Numbered from the stretch's first letter, positions 39,650 to 54,086 are shown. The stretch is DNA of 64,000 nt from Epiperipatus broadwayi (GCA_028023455.1 JAQFVV010000007.1:1984001-2048000), one strand, 5' to 3'. A program made the numbers and translations. Notes: generated from the sequence alone by a model not told the origin.

Positions 39650-42569
39650 TGAAACAGTAAAAGTTGAGTTTGAATCTTAGTTTCACCTCAGTTCCATTTG
39701 TTTTATCATATTTTACCCACTCCTACATTTCACATAAATTTAAACCTTGAATATTGTATTATGTGCATATAATGGTATTAGGTAAATATGTAAGTGTTTG
39801 TTAAATATGCCATAAATACACACACATTCTGATATCAGGTGCACATTAAATTAAATAATGTAATTTAAATGATTTATTAAATTCATAATATTAAAATTCC
39901 ATCACATAAACATTTATTTAGGTCAATTTATATTTATAATATTTTTCATTTATAAAACTTAAAAATCTGTTTAAAACTTTAAAAAAATGTATAAATGTAC
40001 AAAAATAAAAAATCCTCCTGTTTGATTAAAATTGCAGTCATAGTGGGTGGGGAGAGACAATAGAATACTAGAGATATTCCTAAAAGCTTTTTTTAATTAG
40101 TTTTAAAAAAGGTAAAATCTGTGTTGTAATCAGGTCATGAGTAATAGACCAAAAAAGGTACTAAATAAATTCAGTCAGATTAAAAATACAAATGTAACAT
40201 ATGCTACAAATGCATCAATTTACCTAGGAGTATTGCATTAGCATACCTGAAAGACCCTGACTATGTCATGTCAGTTGAATCTGCAAGTTAGGAAATAAGA
40301 GAAAGAAAAAGTATAAAGAAGAGAAGGGTTCTTGTTTTAAGAAAATTAATGAATTACTGAATTTGTATATATTTTAAGAGCATTCCTGTGCTGAATTTTT
40401 ATATATTTTAAGAGCATTCCTGTGCTGTAATTTAAAAGTGTACTTGTTTGGATCATTATAAAGCTGATCTCTGGCTTACTCTTTGCAAATGTTGGTCTGT
40501 GGTGGTTCTGTCATTTTAGTTATTAAAAATTAATCATTATGTTGTATATTGCTATGACTGAGAAGCAAGGTATGTGCTATTTTTCTCTGAGGAAATGGTC
40601 AATATGCACTGAACTTCCCACTTGCTCTAAAATGAACTTAATAGAATTTATATGCTGGTTCCTGATTAAAATCCTACCATCAACTGAAATCTTAAAATAA
40701 GTCACCAAAGAAAACTGCTACTGATAGATAAATAAATGGATTATGAAGGATCAGTCATCAATGTGCATGTTCAACTGAATTCAAAAGGTAACTGATATCC
40801 AAAATCTTTAAAAGACTTTTATTCCTTAATTGAAAGCTATAACTCATTTAAACAATCTGTATTTTCTTTATTTATAACTTCTCCTACTTATGTAAAAATC
40901 TATTAAAGTTTTGTTTATTGATATTTAAAATATATTAAAACTCTGTAACTACTTTAATGTAAATTAACACATATAATCATTTCCCTTGCATCTTCGGTAT
41001 CTATTTTATTATCATCTATTTGTCTATGTATCTGATTTCATGCCTAGATAATTTCTGACCTGGCTCAGTAGTTCTATTAAATGTTATAATAAATAATTGT
41101 CACCATAATGACCGAAACCATCAAGATAATATATAATAATGATAATCTCATTTTGCACCAACAAGCTGCCATCTCAGGAATTATCCTTGATTATTATTAA
41201 ATAATCTGATTAATGGATGCGTTTTCATGATTTTTGTATTATTATGCTTCCCAGTATTGTTATGTATTAAAATAAATTGCAGTAATTACAGATACCCATC
41301 CGATATTTGATATTAGTTAAAAATGCAAGTGTACCACAGTTCATTGTGGGCGGATTTATCAAATTAGCAATAGTAATAAGATAGAATTTTAATCTCCCTT
41401 GTATTAGTTGCTTTACATTAATTTATTTATGCTAATAAATAAATAATTATGTTATTCAAAGGCTTCTAAGTAAAATAATTCATAAATGTGGGTCTTGGAT
41501 GAGAATCATCTCATTTTAAAGCAAATTTACATAAATATAACTATGTTCTGCCAGCAATATGTGTTATAGTCTAGTGATGCCAGGTTCTTTTTAACCTATG
41601 GAAATTAGTAAATACATAAACATAAATGTATAATTTCACTCCTATACAGTAGGGCATATTTAGAAGTGCTTTCATGGGTAGCTGAGTCAGTCATGTGGTC
41701 AAGAAGTAACAGCATCCATGTCCTGTATACCCAAATCTGCTTATATGACTGGTCTCATAGGGTTCCAGGCACAAAGATCACCCATGAGTTTTATATTTCC
41801 CTATATAGCTTCACCATATCACAGTGTAGTCTTCAATTATTATATGGCATCAGTACACATATCATCTTTCATTTACTTATCTTTTTATTGTATGCTTATG
41901 ATTGTATTTCCTAAGTATTCCACATTAACTGCTCTCCAATAACAGGCCCCTAGAATTAATTATATAAATAAGACTTTATGCATATGTTCTGTTGCTAAGG
42001 TGTGGATTCATTGCTGCAAACTGTATTAACTATTTTACCTCATATTGCGGCTAATATGATTAATTGTTTAGGCATAAAATAACTTTTAGGTCATTAATAC
42101 CCAAAAGTGCCAGATCGAATTAATGAACTACAAATGTAAGGTTTCATATTATATTAGGAGTCTCAGAGGTTATTGATCTCAAAATATGTAATCTCATTTT
42201 ATTTGGAATATTAAATATATAATGTTTTAGTTACGACTGTATCCATATGTATGTTCTTTAATGTCTTATAGCCATGGTATCTCATCTTGCTAAGAAGTTA
42301 AATATATTAAGATTATGCATTAGTAAAGTAGTAATAATAACCTTAGGTTTAGTTAGTAAGAGTCCCTTGCATCTCCCTGACCCCTGTCACCTAAAAGATG
42401 TTTACTGGTGTGATGGCAAGTGTGTTATCCCATGGCTGTATGTTGTGGAATCGATCTACTAGGCTTGAACATGGCACCACAGGTCCTGAACCCACCTGTT
42501 GTGCTGCACTTCGAATGTGGTGGTTTAATTGTGCAACTTGTTAAGGAGGCATACAAATTGACTGTTACA
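39650..42569 (+). repeat. 3' LTR (2920 bp)
   Basis: TGAAACAGT...GACTGTTACA; direct repeat of the 5' LTR. Confidence 0.9.
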
Positions 42570-42858
42570 ATTTGCACCATCTGTTAGTAATACCACTGCA
42601 AACATACTAATCTTTTTGCTGTGATATTACTAACAGTTGGTGCATATACTAACCTGTTTGCTGTGATATTACTAACAGTTGGTTGATATATTAACTTGCT
42701 GCTGTGATCTTACTAACAGAGTGTGCATATACTAACCTGTTTGTTGTGATATTAATAGTTGAATGTATTTGGAATATGTAAATAAAATTAAAACTTTTGT
42801 AAAGACATTCAACACACATATTAGATTATGAAAATAGTCCAATATAAAAATACAACTA
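42570..42858. repeat. Right part of the split fold-back, with ~42-bp tandem units
   Basis: gctgtgatattactaacagttggtgcatatactaacctgttt repeated about four times; centre near 42610. Confidence 0.85.
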
Positions 42859-43050
42859 GAACACCATCATCACAAACCTTCAGGAAAACACAACAAACCT
42901 TGAGGAAAACACACAGATATGTAAATGGTTAGATATTCCATCAATTATTTGTTTTTCTGTCTATCAATTTATTTATCAATTCTTACATTTATCTATTAAT
43001 CTAGCTATCTATTTACCCACCCATCTGTTCATTTACTAACAATCTATCTA

Positions 43051-43084
<34 letters not shown>

Positions 43085-43191
43085 TGGAGCTTTACCAAAA
43101 CCTCCAAACAAGCATATTTTTATTTATTTAAACATATTTTTATTTATTTAAACATCAGAGTCAGAATTCACCATCTTTTTCATTGGCTCCA

Positions 43192-43237
43192 CCTTCAGAT
43201 CAGCTGATTTCAAGCTGATTTGCTATCACCAGTGAAG
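43192..43237 (-). ncRNA. Hammerhead copy, family A, core mutated (CUGGUGA)
   Basis: Reverse complement of the family A motif with A6 to G. Confidence 0.7.
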
Positions 43238-43834
43238 AATAGGAGTTAAAAACTAGACCTAAACACTAACTCCAAGTGTTTATTCAACAAGTTCCTATCA
43301 GTTTGCAAGTATAAATATTTCAGACACGTAAATGTCTTCAAACCCAGCCTAACAAGCTAGATAGCTATATGGGTCTGATATCAGTTCAGTTTCAGCACAT
43401 AGTCAAAGCTTCTGCAATATATATCATTGCAAGAAACTTCAAAGGTACATTTATAAAAAACAAAAACAAGTTATAAAAATGTAAAGTTGCTATTCCTTGT
43501 ATTTATGATCAATAGATGGAGCTTTACCAAAACCTCCAAACAAGTGTATTTTTGTTTACATAAACGTCAGAGTCAGAATTCACTGTCTCTTTAGTTGGCT
43601 CCGCCTTCAGATCAGCTGATATATATTGCAATGATATGTATTGCAATTATATATATTGCAGAAGCTTTGACTATGTGGTGAAACTGAACTGATATTGGAC
43701 CCATATAGCTATCTAGCTTGTTAGGCTGAGTTTGAAGACATTTACGTGTCTGAAATATTCATGCTTGCAAACTGATAAGAACTTGTTGCATAAACACTTG
43801 GAGTTAGTGTTTAGGTCTAGTTTCTAACTCCTAT

Positions 43835-43881
43835 CCTTCACTGATGATAGCAAATCAGCTTGAAATCAGCTGATCTGAAGG
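43835..43881 (+). ncRNA. Type I hammerhead ribozyme, intact core (family A)
   Basis: CCTTCA-CTGATGA-T-AGC-AAATCA-GCT-T-GAA-ATCAG-CTGAT-C^-TGAAGG; predicted cleavage after 43875. Confidence 0.88.
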
Positions 43882-44216
43882 TGGAGCCAATGAAAGAGAC
43901 AGTGAATTCTGACTCTGATGTTTATGTAAACAAAAATACACTTGTTTGGAGGTTTGGTAAAGCTCTATCTATTGATCATAAATACAAGCGATAGAAAGTT
44001 TATGTTTTATAACTTGTTCTTGTTTTTCATAAATGTACCTTTGAAGTTTCTTGCAATGATATATATTCCAGAAGCTTTGACTATGTAGTGAAATTGAACT
44101 GATATCAGACCCATATAGCCATCTAGCTTGTTAGGCTGGGTTTGAAGACTTTTATGTGTCTGAAATATTCATGCTTGCAAATTGATAGGTGTTTAGGTCT
44201 AGTTTCTAACTCCTAT

Positions 44217-44263
44217 TCTTCACTGATGATAGCAAATCAGCTTAAAATCAGCTTATCTGAAGG
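44217..44263 (+). ncRNA. Hammerhead copy, family A, probably inactive
   Basis: G12 to A (CTTAAAA) and a stem III mutation. Confidence 0.7.
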
Positions 44264-44628
44264 TGGAGCCAACGAAAGAGACAGTGAATTCTGACTCTGA
44301 CATTTATGTAAACAAAAATATGCTTGTTTGGAGGTTTTGGTAAAGCTCCATCTATTGATTATAAATACAAGCGATAGCAATTTTCCATTTTTATAACTTG
44401 TTTTTGTTTTTCATAAATGTACCTTTGAAGTTTCTTGCAATGATATATATTGCAGAAGCTTTGACTGTGTGGTGAAACTGAACTGATATCAGACCCATAT
44501 AACTATCTAGCTTGTTAGGCTGAGTTTGAAGACATTTACGTGTCTGAAATATTCATGCTTGCAAACTGATAGGAACTTGTTGCATAAACGCTTGGAGTTA
44601 GTGTTTAGGTCTAGTTTCTAACTTCTAT

Positions 44629-44675
44629 CCTTCACTGATGATAACAAATCAGCTTGAAATCAGTTGATCCGAAGG
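44629..44675 (+). ncRNA. Hammerhead copy, family A, core intact with stem mutations
   Basis: CCTTCACTGATGATAACAAATCAGCTTGAAATCAGTTGATCCGAAGG. Confidence 0.75.
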
Positions 44676-44829
44676 TGGAGCCAATGAAAGAGACAGTGAA
44701 TTCTGACTCTGACATTTATGTAAACAAAAATACGCTTGTTTGGAGGTTTTGGTAAAGCTCCATCTATTGATCATAAATACAAGTGATAGCAAGTTTATGT
44801 TTTTATAACTTATTTTTGTTTTTCATATA

Positions 44830-45960
<1,131 letters not shown>

Positions 45961-46489
45961 AAAGAAAATAGATAAGCATATAAATAATAAAATAAATGGG
46001 AGTGTAGGCAAATAGATAGTTAAATAAATGATCAGAGGGTAATATTGTTATTCTGATGCTATATCAAAAATAAAAAGCAATTAACAAATATTAACATAAA
46101 TAAAAATTAAAATCAATTTTCAAAACGCACATACAAAGTCTTTATTACTATTAGTAACAAATAAAATAATTATATCAAATTAAAATACATTCAATTATAT
46201 ATCAAATAAATTCAATTAATAAATAAGCAACTTGTATCGATGTAAAGAAATAAAAATACACTAACTTTAAATTGTTTTCCCTGCTTTATATGTAGATATC
46301 AACCATTTGAAATCCTTGCATCTTGAGCACAAGCTTGATACGGCCTTTTTGTTTTTTCCCCTACTTGGGTATTTACAAAATAATCAACATAAAATAAGTA
46401 TTTCCCACATAATTTTTGTAGGGATTACATTCATGCATTATTTTAAGATTATAAACATTTTCAGATTTGTTTTAATTTTTGTTGGGTAT

Positions 46490-47150
46490 TATTTGTTTTT
46501 TTAAGAGCCTTAAATATCAAGGAGCTGCTTTGATGTCATGGCATCAAGAGGTCAGATGTGAATCCTATTACTTTTTTTTTTACTCCATTTTCCTTTTTTA
46601 ACACCATGTGGAAATGTGGTTCACATTCTTTCCTATTTTCAGATAATACAAAAAAAATTTTCTGTTTGCAAATCAACATATATTGTTTCCATAATATAAA
46701 TTTATTTATTTATTTTTCAATATTAAAATAGTTTAACTTCATTAATTCTTTAACCAGTTTTTGCATTTTTTCTGCTGTCATAATTTTGTTAACTGTAAAT
46801 GTTGTTTTTGAAATTTTTATTTTTTTTGACTAACAATATCTATAGTATTTTGATTACATTAGTAAATTTTTATTGTTATGTTTTATCTTGGTTTAGTAAT
46901 TGATTTTGTGGACACACAAAATGGTGGGAATAATTTTATAGTTTATGTTTGAAATTTCTGGTTTTTATAAAAAAATTTGTTGATAATTCAATTTTTTTTA
47001 TGAATACTAGACAAACTATCAAGAACACTTTGTTATTAATTCTTGGGGTATTATTTAAGATTATTTATCATTTGGTTGTGTAAGCAATGGTTTTGGAGCT
47101 TCCCCGATGTCCAAAATGGCATAGAGTACTTACTAACTGGTACCTAATAT
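46490..47150. repeat. Diverged inverted copy of 26720-27460
   Basis: See 26720-27460. Confidence 0.65.
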
Positions 47151-47771
47151 GTGAGTGCATTAATTAAGAATTAAATAAATTTATAAAGAGAGTTAAAATG
47201 TAAATAATAAGTTAACAGAATTTTGCTTAAAGGTTTTTACACATATTTCACTTCTTTAGAAATTTATTTATATTTTAAATAGCTTTTTATGCCATTTTAA
47301 TATTGTAAGTTTTTATTAAAATAATAAAAATTTCATCATATTTTTAAACAGGTAGTGGACATATGATTGAAATATTTTTTTTTGTTGTTTTCTTTTTTTA
47401 GAGATGTATGGGAATAGTAGTTTTTTTTTACTTTAAATATCTTACATGAGAACCTACCAAGTGTTTCATAAGAATTTATATGACTGAATTAGAGTGTATA
47501 TTGACATTGATATTAAGTCAGAGTTATCTGTTTTAAGAATTCTTATATAAAATTACTATAAACAGAAACTACTCCCACCCTCCATTTGGCAGTTTGGTTT
47601 GGCTTCCTTGCATTTTGTAGATCAAATTATGAATATTATAGAATACACCAAATTTTTAATAAAGATGTTTTACAAATCTTTGTTATTGTCTTAGTGTCTG
47701 TGGTTTGCTTATATTTTTGATGAATAGCTTTAACAGTATAATTTATAGAATTTTGTAAACTGTGTTCCTAA

Positions 47772-47870
47772 CTTCCTTCAGTCATTCACTCCATCTCATA
47801 CTACCAATACACATGTCCATATATTTGTGGGAGATGATGATCCAGACCAATAAATAAGTGCCATTTCAGC

Positions 47871-47963
<93 letters not shown>

Positions 47964-48040
47964 GAGCATTCATTTATCTTTTTCATATATATGTGGTCAT
48001 GGGTATTGGTTGTATGAGATGGAGTGGATATCTGAAGGGA
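47772..48040. repeat. ~55-bp inverted repeats enclosing a (TA)n tract (~47875-47958)
   Basis: cttccttcagtcattcactccatctcatactaccaatac vs gtattggttgtatgagatggagtggatatctgaagggag. Confidence 0.8.
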
Positions 48041-48513
48041 GCTTAAAAGTCTGGATTCAAATCTCCTCTAATTATACCAATCTTAAATATGTATACTAGT
48101 ATTTAAATATTAAAATGTGTTCCATAAAACAATCGTGCTCTACAAAATAAAAAAGTATTAAAATTAATGTGATTTGTATGCATAACTAAAAAAATATTAA
48201 TTATATTTTAAGCATAATCAGACATTTTTTAATCAAATATATTCTCTTCCACAAGTAGTTCATGATGCACCTTTGTTTTCTAGAAGTGGGAATGGAATGA
48301 TCATACAGCAACAGTATTGATCCACTACTGACACTTGCAAACAACCATAAATATAATATAAATATTCTGTAAGTATACTGCAAATTGTAAAGTGTTTTGT
48401 AATAAAAAAAGTTTGTGAAATGAATGATCTGTGGGGCATAGGCCATAGACCTAAAATAAAAAACTTGAGTTGATATGCTAATGATTAAATAATTAAATGA
48501 AATAAAAAAAATA

Positions 48514-49010
48514 TTAGATGTGATATGTTGGACTATTTCCATCATCTATGAGTGAATGTTGAATGTATAGAAAATTTTAAACTTTATTTAAACTTTCCAA
48601 ATACAAACAACTTGTTAGTAATAACACACAAATAGACAACATAGGTTAGTAATTACACAACATTTTGAGTAGTATTATTCTTCACTCTTCTTCAGGTGTT
48701 GCTGGCCTATATGCACAGTGACAATATTCACTAGCATTTGCCTTAAATTTGATATTCAAGAATCTAAAGGTGTGAGTTCAACTTCTAAGTGAATATTGTC
48801 ACTGTGCATATAGGCTAGCAACACCTGAAGAAAAGTGGAGAATAATACTACTCGAAATGTTGTGTAATTACTAACCTGTGTTGTCTATTTGTGTGTTATT
48901 ACTAACAAGTTGTTTGTATTTGGAAAGTTTAAATAAAGTTTAAAATTTTCTATACATTCAACATTCCTTCATAGATGATGGAAATAGTCCAACATATCTC
49001 ATCCAATAAT
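48514..49010. mobile_element. Fold-back element E with a hammerhead-like motif in each arm
   Basis: ~220-bp arms, ~50-nt spacer (48736-48787); same termini as the split element 29495/42858. Confidence 0.85.
48821..48865 (+). ncRNA. Minimal type I hammerhead (family E); mirror copy at 48655-48699 on minus
   Basis: ACAC-CTGAAGA-A-(G)AGTGG-loop-CTACTC-GAA-ATGT(from ACGT)-T^-GTGT; the two arms carry different lesions, and their consensus pairs fully. Confidence 0.65.
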
Positions 49011-50875
49011 ATACCATCATTAGAAAATAATATGTTTCACTAAATATATTACAGTCAATACATTCTCAGATATTTTGTATAGTTGTAATTTCAATTTGTG
49101 TTAGATTTCTTTTCATAAACAGCCACAAATAATCTCATTGTTGACTATGAAATTAACATTAATTTAGTATATGACTTATATAAACTATGAGATGTACTTA
49201 TTTTTTAAAAAAGTCTGATTTGAAATTTATATACTTTAAAATATGATTAAACAAAAATCTAAGTATATATATATATTTTTAAATAATATTTATTTTTAGT
49301 ATTACTATTTTTGTTTAGAATATTCATCATCATTATCATCCATTTTTTAATGAGATTGACTTTCTAAATCCATAAAAAAGTTATAAAGATATATAAAAAA
49401 AATTAAAGATAAATTTTATGATAACTATACAAATTATTACATAAAATACAAGTGCACATATAAATAACATATTCTGGTCTTTTAGTTCACAATTTTAATT
49501 TTTTTGTTTTTTTAATTTTATAGATAGCACAATTTTATTTCTGAAATATTCTTTATTTTATTTGTTAGAATCTTTGATATAATGTTTATAATGCAAAGAA
49601 TGTATATTTCATGAAATCCATTTCTCGAGTTCAGCAATTTCAAATATATTTTAGGAAAACTGTTACTATTTATTTATTTCATGTCCACAATCCAAAAAAG
49701 TTGTCTTCTATAGCAGTAGATTCAATATTAGATACAATAAATTGAAGATTAAATTTATTAGTCACCCAGAATCTTTATATTACATTGCTAGAAAGTTCAG
49801 TCTTGCTTCCATCCAATAAATTTTGTAGAATAACAATTTTTCATTCAACTATTTCAATTGAAGCAGTTATGATATTATACTGGCATTATCTATCTTTTAA
49901 TTGAACTCTTTGTTGAAGTCCATTCTTTATCTAATAAGCTATCAATAACACCATAAACTGATATATATATTCTTAATCTGATTATCATCTAAATTACAAA
50001 CTCTTAAGATTTTGAACTTAACTTATTACAAACTGCATTCAAAATGTTAAGAATGTATTGTTTATCATTTTTTAAGTTAGTTGGAACTCTACAAACATTA
50101 ACATATATAATTCTAAAATCCAAGGAGATAAAAGTTTTCTGTTAACATTACATCCTGATAACTTTTTCATAAAGCTTCAGAGATCTTGTCATTATTTACT
50201 TCAAGTGCTTCAGATTCATTACTATTTTCCATAAAAGCTGTATAATATGAATAAACTTTACTAGATAACAAGATAACTTCAACAGTGCCACAAAAGTTTG
50301 ATTGAATCAAATGTTTTGCTCTAAATAAATCTTGTATTTACTCATACACTTTCTTAACTTTTTCTGGCATTAAAAATCATGACTAGCATTTCTTGATTCT
50401 TAAAATTACACAAATTTGTAGATCATTTGCAATGCATCTGTCATCAGAGACAATCTATTCAGTATAGTTATTGAAAGGATTTGTACTATAATGTTAAATA
50501 ATGATATCCCCATAATAATTATTGCAATAATTTATATCAGCTTTATTTTATAAATTGGAATGATAGAAGCAATCTTAAGATCAAATTGTCCAACTTCATT
50601 GTTCTATATATTTCTAAAACATTTTAGTATTTTACCATTACATTTTCAACATCCACAGAATCTAACATTTTTTTTATTTTAAGATAACAAAAACAGTTTA
50701 AATAGAATATATAAATGCATTAAAAACTGAAACACACAGGCTTATTATATACCTGGGTTTGAATATGTAATATATAGGGTATATGAGCACAGACTTTCAC
50801 ATGACCCACCACTCTCCACACTATCTCATAAGACTGATACATCTGAACACATATATGTTGCAAAGATAAATAATC

Positions 50876-50919
50876 ACCAATATACGTATTTCATGCTAAA
50901 CCAGCAATCATCAGTTGGT
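50876..50919 (-). ncRNA. Type I hammerhead, intact (family C)
   Basis: ACCAA-CTGATGA-T-TGCT-GGTTT-AGCA-T-GAA-ATAC-GTAT-A^-TTGGT. Confidence 0.82.
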
Positions 50920-51498
50920 CCAGATTACCATCTCTACACATATATGCTATAAGTGCTCAGATATATATTAAGATAGCCAATCGGACAGGCTTCAATCTAC
51001 TCCACACTCCAACTCTCCAATTGTCCATCCAATTAAAAAATATGATGATGGAATGCTCAAAGGCCACCCTAAGGCTGAGATTCTTATCACACCCATGTTG
51101 ACCTAAAGTCAATCTGACTCCTCATACACAGGACATAATCCATTTAATACAAGGGATGGGCAGACATCTCTACTATATAATAACTGAAACACACAGGTAT
51201 ATAATAAGTATGTGTGTTTCAGTTATTACATAGTAGAGATGTCTGCCCATCCCTTGTATTAAATGGATTATGTCCTGTATATGAGGGGTCAGATTGACTT
51301 TAGGTCAACATGGGTGTGACAAGAATCTCAGCCTTAGGGTGGCCTTTGAGCATTCCATCATCATATTTTCAATTGGATGGACGGTTAGAGAGTTGGAGTG
51401 TGGAGTAGATTGAAGCCTGTCCATTAAAGTCCGAAGATTGGCTATCTTAATATATATCTGAGCACTTATAGCATATATGTGTAGAGATGGTAATCTGG

Positions 51499-51542
51499 AC
51501 CAACTGATGATTGCTGGTTTAGCATGAAATACATATATTGGT
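51499..51542 (+). ncRNA. Type I hammerhead (family C), one CpG transition in stem III
   Basis: As the left arm but ATACATAT instead of ATACGTAT. Confidence 0.78.
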
Positions 51543-54042
51543 GATTATTTATCTTTTCAACATACATGTGTTCAAATGTATCAGTCTTATGAGATAGTGT
51601 AGAAAGTAGTGTGAAGGTCTGTGCTCATATACCCTATATATTAAATGCATTAAAAGTCGCTATCTGAATTCTTATAATATTAAAAAATTATCAAAATATT
51701 CCAGTTACTGTTTTAATAGAATTTTCAGAGCTACATCTTGATTTTATTTCCATTTTAGTCCAAGCAATCATTCTAAAATCTTGTCACATATTGTATTACT
51801 TCTGCCTTTAAATATTTACTTTACCTACGAAGCTTCAAAATTATTTTATTTTTTCCGACAAACAAAAATCATATATTTTTTTAATTAAATCACTAATAAT
51901 ACAATCATTGTTAGAGAAACAGTCAAAATCTTTTTTTTTATTGAATCAAATAACAGATTCATCTGTTTACATTATTTTCATACAGGGCATGTGTCTGAAA
52001 TATGAAAACCATGAATGAACTATTTTAGAGTTTAGTATCGAAATTTAGCAAAAGTATTAGTAATTTCTCAAAAACAAACATCAAATTTTCTATTAATATG
52101 TTTGATTTACGACAATTTTTAAAATGAAATTATCACTTTAAGCATAAATCATACTACTCTATGATTTAGAAAACAATCTATACTTATAAGTGACAGTTTA
52201 GCATTGATCCATTCTGACTAAATATAACATAAAAGTCCATTGCTTGAGCATGAATGCAATTTGTTTAAACTGAATGATAATGATAGTAAATCATATGTTG
52301 TGTTAAAATCAATATCACAAGATCAATTAAATCTCAGAACCAATAGAATTGCTTCAAATAACTTTGGTATCAAGTTTATTGTTCCTGTAAATATTTACAT
52401 TAGTTTTTTTATGATATGTGCACAAAAAGCCTTTTTTCCCCAAAACTTTCTGAATCTAAAATTGAAGCACAATAATTGATAAAATGCCCCATGTATTGTT
52501 GAATTAAACAATTTTTAATATTATTACTTTTTCTAGATTTATTTAGATATTCCAAGAACAGAAGATACCAAATTAGATTTTGCAATGAATTCAACAGCAC
52601 AGTCTTCTTTTGCTCAATGATTTGCCCCATCCCCTTCAAAAAAATTTGAGGTATCTAAATATTCAATTAAACTATGAGTATAATACATTAACAGATTCTT
52701 AATTATAAGTTATCTTATAAGTGAGAGTTTGAAAAGACTATTATTATTATTGACATTACATCTATTTTTATTATTTAAATTAATAACTGATCAGGCAAAG
52801 TAACTTAGACAGATTTTATGAAATAATCTATTTTAGAATATCTTTTTTAGGTCTTTTTAAATTTATGAGTCAAGGACATCCTGAAAACAGGGCTTTTCAG
52901 AAAAAATATTTTTGAAAAGAAATTCCTGTACCACACCCAGTTTCAAAGTGATTCTATATTGATTTATTGACTGATATAAAATTAAGGCCCTCAATCTAGT
53001 AAATCTATTCCCATCATGATTATTTTTTAAATATTGAAAACTTTGCATACTTTTATGCATGTGCACATGATCAAAAAGACAATACTAAAATTGCTTCTCA
53101 TGCAATGAAAAGATAACAGAATACAAACATAGTGATAGCCTATCTAGTTTAATCACATAATAGGCTTATAAAATGAGTCTTGCACTAACCTTGGAATTTG
53201 AAGAGAGATAAAGTTTACAGAGAAAGATAGTGTCACAATAGGACCTAGCCTTTATTGGGTGAATATCTTATTCCTATTTTGGTCATTAGCATTTATTATT
53301 CATAGTTAATATTTAACACCCAATACCAGCATTATTATTACTGTAATAATGATGAATGGAATAATAGTGCAGATAGACAGATGAAAACTAGAATATTACA
53401 GAAATAGGAAGGGATTTAAATTAAGAAAATAACTAAAAATAAAATTTTCAGAGTATGGCATCATTCTCACAAAAACTTTAAACAAAATGCAGATAAATAA
53501 ATATCAAATTTTAGCATATTAAGATAAGTATTTCATATACATATATATATATGTCAACAGATGGCATTCTACCAAAACACCATCAAGCGTATGTTTACAT
53601 AAACGTCAGAGCATGCATTCACTAATCTCTAACTTTAATTCCACTTTCAGATCATGATTTCAAGCTATTTTCTATCATCAGTGAAAGACAGGAATTTTAG
53701 AAACTAGATCTAAACACAAACTCTGAGCGTTTATGAAACAGTTTCTATTCAGCTTGCAAGCGTGAATCTTTTAGACACGTAATGTCTTCAAACTCAGCAT
53801 AGCAAGCCAGATAGCTACATGGGTCTGATCTCAGTTCAGCATCACCACATAGTAGAAGCCTCTGCAATATATATCATTGCTAGAAAGACCTCAAAGGTAC
53901 ATTTATGAAAAACAAAAAACAAGTTAAAAACTTGCTAATGCTTGTATTTATGTCAACAGATGGCGTTCTACCAAAAACACCATCAAGCGTATGTTTACAT
54001 AAATGTCAGAGCATGCATTCACTATCTCTAACTTTAATTCCA

Positions 54043-54086
54043 CTTTCAGATCATGATTTCAAGCTATTTGCTATCATCAGTGAAAG
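54043..54086 (-). ncRNA. Type I hammerhead, intact (family B); mutated copy at 53644-53687
   Basis: CTTTCA-CTGATGA-T-AGC-AAATA-GCT-T-GAA-ATCA-TGAT-C^-TGAAAG. Confidence 0.86.

Larger units (their letters stand above)
29669..42569 (+). mobile_element. Full-length but decayed Ty3/Gypsy LTR retrotransposon (12.9 kb)
   Basis: LTRs 29669-34643 and 39650-42569 (TG...CA), TSD ATAT/ATTT, PBS, gag-PR-RT-RH-IN order, PPT. Confidence 0.92.
43081..44826. mobile_element. Retrozyme-like tandem array A (~412-bp unit): ~1.3 units on minus, then ~3 units on plus
   Basis: Unit spacing 43081-43513 and 44414-44826; one hammerhead per unit; inversion at ~43620; (TA)n on both flanks. Confidence 0.88.
50726..51641. 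mobile_element. Fold-back element C with hammerheads and a 14-bp TSD
   Basis: Arms 50768-51195 / 51211-51643, 15-nt spacer; TAAATGCATTAAAA at 50712-50725 and 51642-51655. Confidence 0.9.
49600..52700 (-). mobile_element. Heavily decayed RTE LINE (APE + RT), interrupted by fold-back C
   Basis: AVEFIAKSNLVSSVL (~52580), NHRVV (~52160), EYFDNFL (~51690), ASIIPIYK...GISLFNI...LNRL (~50560-50450), LSPWILELY (~50120). Confidence 0.6.

Noticed and set aside
42580-42760. CRISPR-like ~42-bp periodic repeats
   Set aside because: Contiguous tandem units with no unique spacers, eukaryotic TE context, no cas genes.
29495-42858. 13-kb giant TIR element carrying cargo
   Set aside because: Better explained as a small fold-back split by a Gypsy insertion with its own LTRs, PBS, PPT and TSD.
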